Below, in pieces: positions 15,001 to 26,384 of a stretch of 64,000 nt of DNA. Position 1 is the stretch's first letter. Each line of letters opens with the position of its first letter. A program made the position numbers and the translations under genes. The notes beneath the pieces were generated by a model that worked only from the letters and a program-made list of their open reading frames with translations, ran no database searches and had not been told where the DNA came from. This stretch comes from Eukaryota sp. GEM-RC1 (Eukaryota), in the NCBI GenBank assembly GCA_040285855.1, contig JAUFOQ010000003.1:1116001-1180000 (forward strand), given 5' to 3'.

Positions 15001-18000
15001 TCCACAAGAACACCTCTACGAAAAGAGCACTCCCCCCCAACCATCATCTTACCATCAATAATGAAATTTCCCATTAGTTGGTCAGCATTAGTAAACTTGA
15101 AAGTACCAGCAGATATGTTCACAAGTTCATTATTGGAAAAGGGGATATTGATTTCGAATAGAACATCATGTTCAGCTATAATTAGATTGTGATCATTCCT
15201 AAAGGAAGGTTGGTGAATTCCTTGATGATTGTGAGTGTTTGAGTATCGTAAGACAGCGTCGTGAAGAGGGACAATATCTCCAGAATTTGAAATAGATCCA
15301 GGACCTTTGAAATGTACAGGAATGGTACTAGAAGAACGATCAAAATACAGAACACCATCGTTAACAATAGGAGCAGAAAGTTCTTTGTAAGCAGAGGAAG
15401 TGAAATTGAAGTGATTAGGAAAAATGATGTAACTAGTGCCTTCAAGGTAACCACCATGAAAAGTGAAATGTTCGACACTACTATAGCGATCCATAATCAA
15501 TTTTGATTGACCAAACAGCTCAATAATGTGAAGATTAACCTCCTCGCTGCCTGCTTCCAAAGTGAAACAAAGAAGTTCCAGATAAAGAAATAAAAGAATT
15601 AAAATGAGTCATTGGAGTCCACACAGCTCCAGCTTTAATAATAAAAGAATTACAAGAATCCTTGAGAATAAAATCTCTCAGGGACAGGGTGCTATCAAAA
15701 ATCCAGGTAACAGTAGCACCACATTCTGCGAACTTAGGATTGAAGAAACGTGTGGTGGAATATGAAAGAAAGTTAAAAGAAGCTCCGTTTCTGACATCTA
15801 AACCGCCTTCAAACACATAATTTCCATCAAAGTCAACCTTTCGATTACGACTGATAACTAAGGTACCATTACCTTCGAGTGTCACTCCACGGCGAAACTC
15901 TGCATCCGAATCGACAATGAGAGTATCAATAACGTGGAAGTTACCCATCAATTGAGTTGGATTGGAAAACTTTATAGAACCAGAATTAACAAGAACTGTT
16001 TCGGCGTTCGTAAAAGGAATTTCAATACTGAGATCACCATTGTTTTCAACAATCAGATCACCTTGATTGGATAAAAAGGGTTGTTGTTGACCATTATGAT
16101 TGTGGGAGGAAGAATATCGAAGGTTTGCGTTAGAAAAAGCAATAAGATCTCCAGAATTGGCAATAGATCCAGAACTTTTGAAATGTACAGGAATAGTACC
16201 AGAAGATCGGTCGAAATACATGAAACCATCGTTGACAATTGGAGCAGAAAGTTCTTTGTAAGAAGTGGAAGTGAAATTGAAGTGATTAGGAAAAATGATG
16301 TAACTAGTGCCTTCAAGGTAACCACCATAAAAAGTGAAATGTTCGACACTACTATAACGATCCATAATCAATTTTGATTGATCAAACAGTTCAATAACGT
16401 GAAGATTAACCTCTTCACTGCCTGCTTCAAAGTGAAACAAAGAAGTTCCAGATAAAGAAATAAAAGAATTAAAATGAGTCATTGGAGTCCACACAGCTTC
16501 AGCTTTAATAATAAAAGAATTACAAGAATCCTTGAGAATAAAATCTCTCAGGGACAGGGTACTATCAAAAATCCAGGTAACAGTAGCACCACATTCTGCG
16601 AACTTAGGATTGAAGAAACGTGTGGTGGAATATGAAAGAAAGTTAAAAGAAGCTCCGTTTCTGACATCTAAACCGCCTTCAAACACATAATTACCATCAA
16701 AGTCAACCTTTCGATTACGACTGATAACTAAAGTACCATTGCCTTCGAGTGTCACTCCACGGCGAAACTCTGCATCTGAATCGACAATGAGAGTATCAGT
16801 AACGTGGAAGTTACCCATCAATTGAGTTGGATTGGAAAACTTTATAGAACCAGAATTAACAAGAACTGTTTCGGCGTTCGTAAAAGGAATTTCAATACTG
16901 AGATCACCATTGTTTTCAACAATCAGATCACCTTGATTGGATAAAAAGGGTTGTTGTTGACCATTATGATTGTGGGAGGAAGAATATCGAAGGTTTGCGT
17001 TAGAAAAAGCAATAAGATCTCCAGAATTGGCAATAGATCCAGAACCTTTGAAATGTACAGGAATAGAACCAGAAGAACGATCGAAATACATGAAACCATC
17101 GTTGACAATTGGAGCAGAAAGTTCTTTGTAAACAGAGGAAGTGAAATTGAAGTTATTAGGAAAAATGATGTAACTAGTGCCTTCAAGGTAACCACCATGA
17201 AAAGTGAAATGTTCGACACTACTATAGCGATCCATAATCAATTTTGATTGACCAAACAGCTCAATAATGTGAAGATTAACCTCCTCGCTGCCTGCTTCCA
17301 AAGTGGAATAAAGAAGTTCCAGATAAAGAAATAAAAGAATTAAAATTAGTTATTGGATCCCACACAGCTGCAGCTTTAATAATAAAAGAATTACAAGAAT
17401 CTTTGATTGAAAGACCGTGAAGAAGAAGCTGACTGTCAAAAAACCAAGTAACAGTGGCACCACATTCAGAAAACTTTGGGTAGAAGTATCGAGTTCGAGA
17501 GGTACTGTGGAAATCTAGTGAAGCACTGGACAAGAGATCAAGATCACCATCAAAAGCGAACAAACCTCTGACATCAACTTTTTTGTTTGCAGTAATGATG
17601 AATGTTCCTGAGCCTTCAAGAGCAGCCCCTTGACCAAACTCAGCATCTGAATCAATGATTAAGGTTCCAGTGATCATGAAATTGGCTGATAACGCGGCAG
17701 CTTTAGATATCTTGAGAAGACCAGAGTTGATATGCACTTCATCCTGGTTTGAGAAGGGAATTTCAATGAGAAAATCTGAGTCGTTCTCAATGTTTATCTC
17801 AGCTTGTGAAGTGAAGTGAGGCTGGGATTGGGCTTGATAGTTATGATCATCAGCGTAACGGAAGATTATCGAGGAATCAACAGTTACTGTTCCGGCAGCA
17901 CTTAAGGAGCCATCATTCTTGAAGAAGACCACTGCTGGAGAGGAGGAGGAATGAGAGAACACAGTAGAGGTGGCAGCAGTCAAAGGAGTTGCGATTACTT

Positions 18001-18395
18001 TAGGTAGGGCGGAGGAAACGATGAAGTTGTCAGAGGTCACTCCCGCTGATCCGGTAAAAGAACCTCCATAGTAGTGTAGATCGGTAACGTCAAGAAACGC
18101 AGGGCCGAGATTGAAATCGAAAGCGCACGATTCAGAACCTATCTGAAGAGAAGCGAGCTCCAAATAGAAGATATCCGACGAAACGGTCACCGAAGAAGGA
18201 GAGCACGAGGTAAGTAGAACGCTGTCGTGGTCCGCGGGGACGCCATTTGACCAGCAAGCAGAATCTCCCCATTCTCCGCTGCAACCAGAGGGAGAGAAAG
18301 AAGTTGCTGAGATTAGATGACGTAAGTAAGGACATACTCTTTGTAAAGACATCGCTAACCAGAAGTAACAATACGACACAGAAGAATTGTATCAT
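1..18395 (-). CDS. Giant secreted/surface beta-strand-rich repeat protein (paralog A), over 6,000 aa, running off the left edge; split by 8 single-base frameshifts
   Basis: ORFs 17276-18379, 15535-17301, 14415-15560, 9979-14445, 5768-9835, 5416-5841, 914-5308 and 102-899 are collinear. They join into one frame with 1-nt corrections at ~17299, ~15558, ~14513, ~10103, ~5808, ~5440, ~973 and ~105, with no in-frame stops needed. ATG at 18395 gives a signal-peptide-like MIQFFCVVLLLLVSDVFT. After the intron comes a W-x5-W-xx-GVP-xxx-DxV motif. The Ser/Thr/Gly/Asn/Phe/Ile alternating pattern suggests a beta-helix (inference). Confidence 0.8.
15300..17410 (-). repeat. Near-identical 870-bp (290-aa) intragenic tandem repeat, about 2.4 copies, with diverged copies on both sides
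   Basis: The sequence at 15535, 16405 and 17275 repeats with an 870-bp period; the peptide EAGSEEVNLH...SLSGTSLFHF recurs. Confidence 0.92.
18307..18337 (-). other. 31-nt spliceosomal intron in paralog A
   Basis: Coding strand reads GTATGTCCTTACTTACGTCATCTAATCTCAG. Removing it fuses the 58-nt signal-peptide exon in frame to TSFSPSGCSGEW. Confidence 0.85.
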
Positions 18396-18660
18396 ATGTT
18401 GAGTTGTGCAAGAAAAAAATGCCAATTGTTTGAAAGACGGATTCCTAATCGTCTTGCGTATTTTGATCCTTAATGTATCTTCCAAAATGTTGTTACTCAG
18501 ATATCGACAGACCCTGGAAGGTACTTCAATAGAAGAGTTTCTAACCGAACTCATTGATCCCACACTTGCTGAATACAATCACATTCATTAGATCTCAGAC
18601 AGGAATTAACGGTATAAGTTGAAAAACTTGTTCTAGGATGTATGTAGTCACTTCTATCAT
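18396..18660. promoter_or_regulatory. Upstream region of paralog A, conserved in inverted orientation upstream of paralog B
   Basis: The reverse complement matches 60981-61186 and 61599-61658, e.g. TATTCAGCAAGTGTGGGATCAATGAGTTC and GAAACTCTTCTATTGAAGTACCTTCCAGGGTCTGT. A regulatory role is inferred only from position. Confidence 0.5.
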
Positions 18661-18988
18661 ATTATCAACCCAAATTCCTGCTAATACATTTTTGACTTAA
18701 ACCAAGCATTGATCAAATTACCTTCTTAACGTTTGGTCTCAATTAGGGATAGGAATTACTCAACTCGAGTTCTACTCCATGACTCCAAACTCCAATTCAC
18801 TTCACATTTCTACGAGTTGGAGTCGAGTTGGAGTTCTGCCAGGATTTTATGAGCAAGTCGAGTTCAAGTGAAACTCGTTGTTTCGATAGCTTTCCTAATG
18901 ATATTTCCCTTATTAACCCCAATTCATGTACATATTTATTTGACTTAAACGAAGCGTTAATCAAATTGTCTTTTGACGTTTGGTCTCA
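18661..18988. repeat. Diverged ~80-bp direct repeat (18661-18741 and 18911-18988) bracketing a ~160-bp ACTCGA/ACTCCA-rich segment
   Basis: Both copies contain TTTGACTTAAAC.AAGC.TT.ATCAAATT and end in ACGTTTGGTCTCA. Confidence 0.65.
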
Positions 18989-19417
18989 GTGCTAAATCTA
19001 ATGCTAAGAACCCCTTGTTGATAGGTGAAAAATTTAAAAAAGAAAAAATAATGTGCTAAATTGAAATTATTGAATTCGGCTTCACACTCGAATTACTTGT
19101 TGTACCCTTTTGTATTTTCACTGTACGGTTCTTTAGGTGAATCTGCAACATCATTACTTGAAATCTTTGTGAAAATTTTAAAGAAAAAAACATCTAGCAC
19201 TTTTGATCTTAGATTTTGGAAAAGTCGAATTGTGTTTGCTATCTTTAAAGTTATGGTGACTTCTGTATCTAGCGCTTTGTTATCTCTTGGCAGACATTAT
19301 GAGGATAAGGTAGGTGAGAATTTTCAGTGAGGCAATCTGGACTTCGAGGATATTGATTATTAGATGTATGTACAATGTAGTGTTGTTGTCAATAAATTTT
19401 GAAATGTTTAAAAAAAA
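18989..19417 (+). mobile_element. 5'-truncated 3' end of a CRE-like (RLE) non-LTR retrotransposon with a short A tail
   Basis: YPFVFSLYGSLG...FDLRFWKSRIVFAIFK is homologous to the C-termini at 22074-22227, 29118-29400 and 44741-45001. AATAAA at 19391 and A8 at 19410-19417. Confidence 0.75.
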
Positions 19418-19479
19418 TCAGGTCCATGTATTGAAAAGCACCATTTTTATTAAATATTAAATATACAACTTCTTCAACC

Positions 19480-20330
19480 ACCATTTCAGCTTCTTCATTT
19501 TCTTAAACCTCTTCAACATTATCGTGCTTGAACTTCAACAAGGAAGTTTCTTCGAGAGGAGACAATGAGGTTTATGATAATACTTTGACAACAGCAGATT
19601 CAAACTGGGGGGAATGTTTGATTGAGGCTTCATCAGATGTGTAATTAGTCAATCCAGGGAAGAATTTATGGAACGTCCTGAAAATGACATGTGCATCCAG
19701 AAGACTGACGTTTGAGTTTTGCAGATCTTTTGAGGCAGCCTCAAAGAGAACATAATTTTTCAACAAAGAAAGAAGGTCTTCCTCTTCAGCAGTGCCAGGC
19801 ATCATTTCTTTCACCTCTCTGGGAAGATTAAGAATATGTTTTCGCAAATGGAAATAGCGGCACAAAGGGCAAACGTACCATTCCATCTTGTCTGTTGTAG
19901 ATGGATGGGTAATAATGTAGTGTAACGGCGTAGTAATAAAGCATTCTTTGCTGACATCAACTTTCCCATAATTTTGTCAACCTTCTTGATGGGATCCTTC
20001 AAAGTCCATGCGAAATCTTTAATCTCGAGGTTCAACCGATATGATGCACATCCAACGAAGGGAATCTTCATCATACTAGCAAGACTCTTGTTGACATTGC
20101 AATTGTCAGACACAAGAAAAAGTGCTTGTGAAGTAGCAGTGTTGTAAGAAGTCAACACAGTTTTAATCAACTCAAATAGCAGGCTAGACCCAAAATAAGT
20201 CTTTTGAGTGTTGAGTTCGACAGAAGAAAGGGATGAATTTGCCTCAAAAGGAGTAAGAGCCAATAGTACTTGTTGATTGTTAACAGAAAGAGCTGCAAAC
20301 AATCCAAGATAATGGATGTTGGAACTACAA
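19480..20330 (-). pseudogene. Degenerate hAT-superfamily transposase fragment
   Basis: LVSDNCNVN (second catalytic D), VGCASYRLNL (decayed CxxH motif) and QQTRWNG (TRW motif), spread over two frameshifted ORFs. Confidence 0.75.
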
Positions 20331-20462
20331 TCCTGCCAACAACGCGTATGGCCTGTCTGCCGTGTTTTTGAAGTGTTTTAATGAGTTATGTGTTAACCTA
20401 ACACCACGTAGTACTTCACGTTTATTCAAGATCTAAATACGATACATACAAATAATAATTAA

Positions 20463-21613
20463 TAGGGATGTCAAATGACGCAACGCGTTGCAACGCGTCG
20501 TGACGTAACGCAACTTGACGTCACGTCGACGTGCATTACTTACAAGTCACATCACGTCGACTTGAAATCACCAAGTCATGACGCGTCGTGACGCGTTGTG
20601 AAGCAATAAGTGTCCGTCTTTTAAGCACATGTATTTCGGTTATCAATATCCCCTCATCCTCATTCTGCCATTATCAATCTTAAATAAAGTCTTTATAGAA
20701 CAGCAAACAAATTAAAACCAATAGAACTATCACCACTGATATAACTTTAATCTATACCACAACTGCAGACATAGTAAGCCCTGTATAATGTCATCATATA
20801 GCCGTGAACGGTTTGATGTAACCACTAAATCTGCTTGGGAAAAAAGTTGCGCAGCAGGAACTGGAGTGGCCTGGATACAAAAGAAATCCCGAGCAATTTT
20901 TGCTAATGTTGGAAATCTTCTTGAATTCGACTTCCGGTAGTAATAGAACTATCACCACTGATATAACTTTAATCTATACCACAACTGCAGACATAGTAAG
21001 CCCTGTATAATGTCATCATATAGCCGTGAACGGTTTGATGTAACCACTAAATCTGCTTGGGAAAAAAGTTGCGCAGCAGGAACTGGAGTGGCCTGGATAC
21101 AAAAGAAATCCCGAGCAATTTTTGCTAATGTTGGAAATCTTCTTGAATTCGACTTCCAGTAGTAATAGAACTATCACCACTGATATAACTTTAATCTATA
21201 CAACAACTGCAGACATAGTAAGCCCTGTATAATGTCATCATATAGCCGTGAACGGTTTGATGTAACCACTAAATCTGCTTGGGAAAAAGTTGCGCAGCAG
21301 GAGCTGGAGTGGCCTGGATACAAAAGAAATCCCGAGCAATTTTTGCTATGTTGGAAATCTTCATGAATTCGACTTCCAGTAGTCAAGAGCGCTTTGGAGC
21401 AGGGAACAGAGTCTTTTGGGGGACTCTTCGTCGCCTCATGGATACAGTGTAGGAAGAAAAGTGTGTACATTATCTTTAATTCTAGTTCAATACAATATTA
21501 CTTATACTAAAAGCGTTGCGACTCGTTGTGACGTGGTGGTTTCCAAAGTCACGTCACGTCGAAGTGGAATGTTCAAGTCGTGACGTGTCATGACGCGTCA
21601 TTTGACAACCCTA
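20463..21613 (-). mobile_element. Non-autonomous hAT element
   Basis: 19-bp TIRs TAGGGATGTCAAATGACGC / GCGTCATTTGACAACCCTA (1 mismatch). Perfect 8-bp TSD ATAATTAA at 20455-20462 and 21614-21621. CpG-rich TGACG/ACGCGT subterminal repeats. Confidence 0.92.
20720..21383 (-). repeat. 3 x 222-bp tandem repeat encoding a hAT C-terminal dimerisation domain fragment
   Basis: Units start at 20720, 20942 and 21164. The minus strand reads approximately KSNSRRFPTLAKIARDFFCIQAT...FSQADLVVTSNRSRLYDDIIQGLLCLQLW, matching the C-terminus of the transposase at 28450-28670. Confidence 0.85.
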
Positions 21614-21759
21614 ATAATTAACTCTCTTTATGGCAGAAAATGCCATACGTGTATGGCCGTATGGCATTATGGCACATAACGCTGGAAATTAGTGTTGTTG
21701 AAAGCATAGTTGGGAACTACACCACCTCCGAAAATAAAATACAAAAAAAAACAATTGAT

Positions 21760-22227
21760 CTTACATCATTGAATCATTCATTGAACCATTGCTTAGATCT
21801 CTTAACATCAATCAACCAATATTTTCTGTTTAAGAAAATACTGTTGGACAAAGACGTGCTGATATTGTTATACCTTCTTCTTCTCAATCATTATCAGTGA
21901 TTGATGTTGTTTCAGTGGATGTTTGCAAGAAAAGTTGTGATAAATTGGTCACAAAAGAAGTATCACCTCCCGACATTGCAGAAAATAACAAACAAAGAAA
22001 GTGTGCAGATCCACTCGGAGATCTGAAATAGATTGTTCATGTTGAATATTCATTTGTCCCATTTGCGATTTCTATGTATGGGCGTTTGGGCAAATTAGCC
22101 ATGAGGTTCTTAGATGATTTTGCAAAGGTTGTTGCTCGTAGAACTAACAAAATATTTGACCGCTCTTTTTGGCAAAACAGAATTGTCTTTACAATTCTAA
22201 AAGCAGTTCCCACAATGATTTCAAAAG
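21760..22227 (+). pseudogene. Degenerate RLE endonuclease region of a CRE-like retroelement
   Basis: IEPLLRSL...QRRADIVIPS...VIDVVSVDVCKK...FAISMYGRLG...FWQNRIVFTI, with stops and frameshifts. Confidence 0.75.
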
Positions 22228-22413
22228 GCGAGATTTCCTTTGTAACAAACTTGTTACAACTCTTTTGCACACATCCACTGAAACAACATCGATAACTGTC
22301 AGAGATTCAGAAGATGAAGGTATAATCAAGTCAGCACGTCTTTGCCCATAAGAATTTTCTTTTTTTGAATGTTGATTGATGTCAAGAGATCTCAGCAAAG
22401 GTTCAATGAAGGA
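22218..22413 (-). pseudogene. Inverted second RLE fragment fused tail-to-tail to the preceding one
   Basis: Minus strand reads FIEPLLRSLDINQ...GQRRADLIIPSSSESLTVIDVVSVDVCK. The junction falls within ATTTCAAAAG at 22218-22227. Confidence 0.75.
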
Positions 22414-22948
22414 TGGGTGCCGAATAAACATGATCGATTAGTTTTATCTATTTGACGACTAATTCAAAAAATACTCGACATAAAAAATTGTGTTTCACAA
22501 AGGATGACTATGAATGCTTTGTTTTTTAGTAGATTCATAGATTAATGTTACTATGAATTGATTAGTTATTCTGATTACTTTTTTCCGTTTGTTAAGTTTG
22601 TTATTGTATTATAAATGCAATATTACTGAAACTTGCTTAATTCGTGGCATATGACCACTTGAATAGTCAAATTTTACTTTCTGGAAAAAATACAAAAAAT
22701 ACAAAAACAATCTTTAAATCCAATTTAAAGAATAGAAAAAAATAGAAAAAAGAGTACATGTATTTCCCAACTATGGTTGAAAGTGTGTTTTTGTTACAAT
22801 GTACTAGTAGGTAATCTACCGTAGATTCCCTCAAGTTTTCCAAACCTCACTACAAAGTTTGTAGAGGTTTGAGAAACTTTGTTTTTGGGTGGTGAATACT
22901 CAAACATACATTTATTGACACGAATCAAGACTGACTCCATCTCCAATC

Positions 22949-23108
22949 TCAACATTCAGCAATGGCCAATGGGTTCCCGTCAAAAGTACCCATCAAAATA
23001 GATTGCAGACTGTTAAACTTGAGCGATTCCAGATTGTTCATTTCAAAGGCATAATCCCCAATCTCTTGTAAAGAATGACCAAATTGAACAGACACCAACT
23101 GATTATGA
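22949..23108 (-). pseudogene. Inverted copy of the BspA-type LRR tail inside the left arm
   Basis: Reverse complement of 25824-25983. Confidence 0.8.
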
Positions 23109-25983
23109 AAACGCAGATTATGATGAAAAGACCGTCACTGTTACAGTTGCTGATGATGACAAGGTTAGAGATGTTGATCTTTCCTTAACTACTTTTGAGG
23201 TTTCTGGAACTGTCACTGCTGATTCAGTTCAACTCCAAGATGTCGCTGTCTTTGTTGAAGATGTTCATATTACGGACACTAATGAAGCTGGTCTTTATAC
23301 ACTTGAACTTCCCAATGGAGTTTATACGTTCAGATTCGTACTCGCAGATTATGATGAAAAGACCGTCACTGTTACAGTTGCTGATGATGACAAGGTTAGA
23401 GATGTTGAGCTTTCCTTAACTACTTTTGAGGTTTCTGGAACTGTCACTGCTGATTCAGTTCAACTCCAAGATGTCGCTGTCTATGTTGAAGATGTTCATA
23501 TTACGGACACTAATGAAGCTGGTCTTTATACACTTGAACTTCCCAATGGAGTTTATACGTTCAGATTCGTACTCGCAGATTATGATGAAAAGACCGTCAC
23601 TGGTACAGTTGCTGATGATGACAAGGTTAGAGATGTTGATCTTTCCTTAACTACTTTTGAGGTTTCTGGAACTGTCACTGCTGATTCAGTCCAACTCCAA
23701 GATGTCGCTGTCTATGTTAACGATGTTCATATTACGGACACTAATGAAGCTGGTCTTTATACACTTGAACTTCCCAATGGAGTTTATACGTTCAGATTCG
23801 TACTCGCAGATTATGATGAAAAGACCGTCACTGTTACAGTTGCTGATGATGACAAGGTTGGAGATGTTGAGCTTTCCTTAACTACTTTTGAGGTTTTTGG
23901 AACTGTCACTGCTGATTCAGTTCAACTCCAAGATGTCGCTGTCTATGTTGAAGATGTTCATATTACGGACACTAATGATGCTGGTCTTTATACACTTGAA
24001 CTTCCCAATGGAGTTTATACGTTCAGATTCGTACTCGCAGATTATGATGAAAAGACCGTCACTGTTACAGTTGCTGATAATGAAGATGTTGATCTTTCCT
24101 TAACTACTTTTGAGGTTTCTGGAACTGTCACTGCTGATTCAGTTCAACTCCAAGATGTCGCTGTCTATGTTAACGATGTTCATATTACGGACACTAATGA
24201 AGCTGGTCTTTATACACTTGAACTTCCCAATGGAGTTTATACGTTCAGATTCGTACTCGCAGATTATGATGAAAAGACCGTCACTGTTACAGTTGCTGAT
24301 GATGACAAGGTTAGAGATGTTGATCTTTCCTTAACTACTTTTGAGGTTTCTGGAACTGTCACTGCTGATTCAGTCCAACTCCAAGATGTCGCTGTCTATG
24401 TTAACGATGTTCATATTACGGACACTAATGAAGCTGGTCTTTATACACTTGAACTTCCCAATGGAGTTTATACGTTCAGATTCGTACTCGCAGATTATGA
24501 TGAAAAGACCGTCACTGTTACAGTTGCTGATGATGACAAGGTTAGAGATGTTGATCTTTCCTTAACTACTTTTGAGGTTTCTGGAACTGTCACTGCTGAT
24601 TCAGTTCAACTCCAAGATGTCGCTGTATATGTTAACGATGTTCATATTACGGACACTAATGAAGCTGGTCTTTATACACTTGAACTTCCCAATGGAGTTT
24701 ATACGTTCAGATTCGTACTCGCAGATTATGATGAAAAGACCGTCACTGTTACAGTTGCTGATGATGACAAGGTTAGAGATGTTGATCTTTCCTTAACTAC
24801 TTTTGAGGTTTCTGGAACTGTCACTGCTGATTCAGTTCAACTCCAAGATGTCGCTGTATATGTTAACGATGTTCATATTACGGCCACTAATGAAGCTGGT
24901 CTTTATACACTTGAACTTTCCAATGGAGTTTATACGTTCAGATTCGTACTCGCAGATTATGATGAAAAGACCGTCACTGTTACAGTTGCTGATGATGACA
25001 AGGTTAGAGATGTTGAGCTTTCCTTAACTACTTTTGAGGTTTCTGGAACTGTCACTGCTGATTCAGTTCAACTCCAAGATGTCGCTGTCTATGTTAACGA
25101 TGTTCATATTACGGACACTAATGAAGCTGGTCCTTATACACTTGAACTTCCCAATGGAGTTTATACGTTCAGATTCGTACTCGCAGATTATGATGAAACG
25201 ACCGTCACTGTTACAGTTGCTGATGATGACAAGGTTAGAGATGTTGATCTTTCCTTAACTACTTTTGAGGTTTCTGGAACTGTCACTGCTGATTCAGTTC
25301 AACTCCAACATGTCGCTGTCTATGTTAACGATGTTCATATTACGGACACTAATGAAGCTGGTCTTTATACACTTGAACTTCCCAATGGAGTTTATACGTT
25401 CAGATTCGTACTCGCAGATTATGATGAAAAGACCGTCACTGTTACAGTTGCTGATGATGACAATGTTAGAGATGTTGAGCTTTCCTTAACTACTTTTGAG
25501 GTTTCTGGAACTATCACTGCTGATTCAGTTCAACTCCAAAATGTCGCTGTCTATGTTAACGATGTTCATATTATGGACACTAATGAAGCTGGTCTTTATA
25601 CACTTGAACTTCCCAATGGAGTTTATACGTTCAGATTCGTACTCGCAGATTATGATGAAAAGACCGTCACTGTTACAGTTGCTGATGATGACAAGGTTAG
25701 AGATGTTGAGCTTTCCTTAACTACTTTTAAGGTTTCTGGAACTGTCACTGCTGATTCAGTTCAACTCCAAGATGTCATCATTTTGGGACAGTTGTGGTCA
25801 GCAATCGATGACTCAGCATTTGGTCATAATCAGTTGATGTCTGTTCAATTTGGTCATTCTTTACAAGAGATTGGGGATTATGCCTTTGAAATGAACAATC
25901 TGGAATCGCTCAAGTTTAACAGTCTGCAATCTATTTTGATGGGTACTTTTGACGGGAACCCATTGGCCATTGCTGAATGTTGA
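23023..25983 (+). pseudogene. Stop-free frame of about 986 codons with no upstream ATG: stalk repeats fused to a short BspA-type (LRR_5) leucine-rich repeat tail
   Basis: The frame is open from after TGA 23020-23022 to TGA 25981-25983; the first ATG is at 25573. The tail IDDSAFGHNQLMSVQFGHSLQEIGDYAFEMNNLESL fits the BspA consensus IgxxAFxxxxLxsvxxxxsLxxIGxxAF. Confidence 0.7.
23113..25776 (+). repeat. About 11.5 x 231-bp tandem repeat encoding a 77-aa carboxypeptidase-regulatory-like (prealbumin-like) beta-sandwich stalk domain
   Basis: The unit reads TTFEVSGTVTADSVQLQDVAVYVNDVHITDTNEAGLYTLELPNGVYTFRFVLADYDEKTVTVTVADDDKVRDVDLSL. The VSGTV...TDxxGxYTLxLPxGxYT pattern is typical of this fold. 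One unit has an in-frame 9-bp deletion. Confidence 0.85.
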
Positions 25984-26384
25984 GATTGGAGATGGAGTCA
26001 GTCTTGATTCGTGTCAATAAATGTATGTTTGAGTCTTCACCACCCAAAAACAAAGTTTCTCAAACCTCTACAAACTTTGTAGTGAGGTTTGGAAAACTTG
26101 AGGGAATCTACGGTAGATTACCTACTAGTACATTGTAACAAAAACACACTTTCAACCATAGTTGGGAAATACATGTACTCTTTTTTGTATTTTTTTGTAT
26201 TTTTTGAATTGGATTTAAAGTTTGTTTTTGTATTTTTGTATTTTTTCAGAAAGTAAAATTTGACTATTCAAGTGGTCATATGCCACGAATTAAGCAAGTT
26301 TCAGTAATATTGCATTTATAATACAATAACAAACTTAACAAACGGCAAAAAAGTAATCAGAATAACTAATCAATTCATAGTAAC

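Noticed and set aside
18744..18897. Possible MITE (TAGGGATAG...CTTTCCTA) with ACTCGA/ACTCCA repeats; similar motifs near 60580-60650
   Set aside because: The terminal match is short and imperfect and there is no TSD, so it could not be supported.
23195..25720. Eleven 71-74-aa ORFs MRFLELSLLIQ...
   Set aside because: Off-frame shadows (TTG starts) of the 231-bp repeat; another frame is stop-free and gives a recognisable domain.
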